Origin: Nemertoderma westbladi
Taxonomy: Eukaryota; Animalia; Xenacoelomorpha
Reading direction: 5' to 3'
DNA length: 46,002 nucleotides
NCBI GenBank assembly: GCA_032718475.1
Contig: JAUCBJ010007334.1
Coordinates: forward strand, 1-46,002
Made by a program: the position numbers and the translations under genes. The notes under the pieces were generated by a model, which searched no databases, had not been told where the DNA came from, and worked only from the letters and a program-made list of their open reading frames with translations. How positions within the stretch are numbered: the first letter of the stretch is position 1; every line of letters begins with the position of its first letter. This document shows positions 45,290-46,002 of this stretch, in pieces.

Positions 45290-46002
45290 AAATTAAGTAA
45301 AATAGCACCATGGCTAGAATAAAATGCATATATATATATATAGTAAAAGCACCAGACAAAGAGAGAGGGGGCGAGGCTCTGGTTCGAGCAACTGGGAATG
45401 GGTAATGGGAGGGAACATACTTATGAACAGTGCGTGCCCATCAGCCGACCGCAACAGTAGAGGTGAGCTAACTCATAGAGTATGTATATTGGCAGAACTC
45501 ATACTCGTTAAATTATGTTGAAGTATTCTAGTATGAGAGAGCGTTTCTGCTCAAGACTCAAAGCACTTGTGTTGAAGACAGTGCTTATAAAGTTAGCGGA
45601 AATTCTATCCCGCTCTGTCGGATTACTCCTGCTAATCCGTGACACAACAGATGAATTTGAGTAATAAAATGTTGTAATAGAAAAGGGGCGTGGTAGGGCA
45701 TACAAGGAAACTGCAGTTCGGTAGCCAGAGGAAATGCCCTTATAATGCGTATAACGATGTAGATTACTATTGGTGATTGCTAAATTGCACTCATTCTGAA
45801 TATTTGTAACAAACCCAAAAGTGCAATAGTCAAAAGCAACCCAATTGCCTGGTTTTAGGACAAGGTGAGTAGTAGGAGTAATAAAAGGGCGACAGATGTT
45901 TACATATTGTTGAAATAAATTTGGCGCAGAAGATCAAGAAGATCCACTACAGGTCTGTCTGTGAGGAGCGGAGGATCGAATTTACACCATTAGTGGGCAC
46001 CA

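Overview
AT-rich eukaryotic DNA, probably from an invertebrate, made almost entirely of nested transposable elements and tandem repeats. I found no recognisable housekeeping gene, rRNA, complete tRNA or CRISPR array. The one intact element is a full-length CR1/L2-group LINE (22576-27415; ORF1 plus PHD-APE-RT ORF2, 5-bp TSD) inserted into a minisatellite-armed foldback DNA element (21183-27490). Also present: two TTAA-flanked piggyBac-type MITEs; a spliced, frameshifted piggyBac transposase with a mucin-like 30-bp repeat expansion; the 3' end of an Academ transposon; RTE and CRE (RLE) retrotransposon fragments; a Helentron/HINE-like element; a SINE remnant; several LTR-like units; and an isolated RPA70-like OB-fold exon. 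The most unusual signals are (i) five ~83-nt covarying cUUCGg/k-turn-like hairpins downstream of a TATA/Inr promoter in an LTR-like unit (19833-21157), (ii) an LTR element with a triple zinc-knuckle ORF directly before its PPT and 3' LTR, (iii) a template-switch scrambled block (14124-16438), and (iv) 24-31 bp palindromes flanked by direct repeats. All family assignments come from motif recognition by eye, with no database searches.
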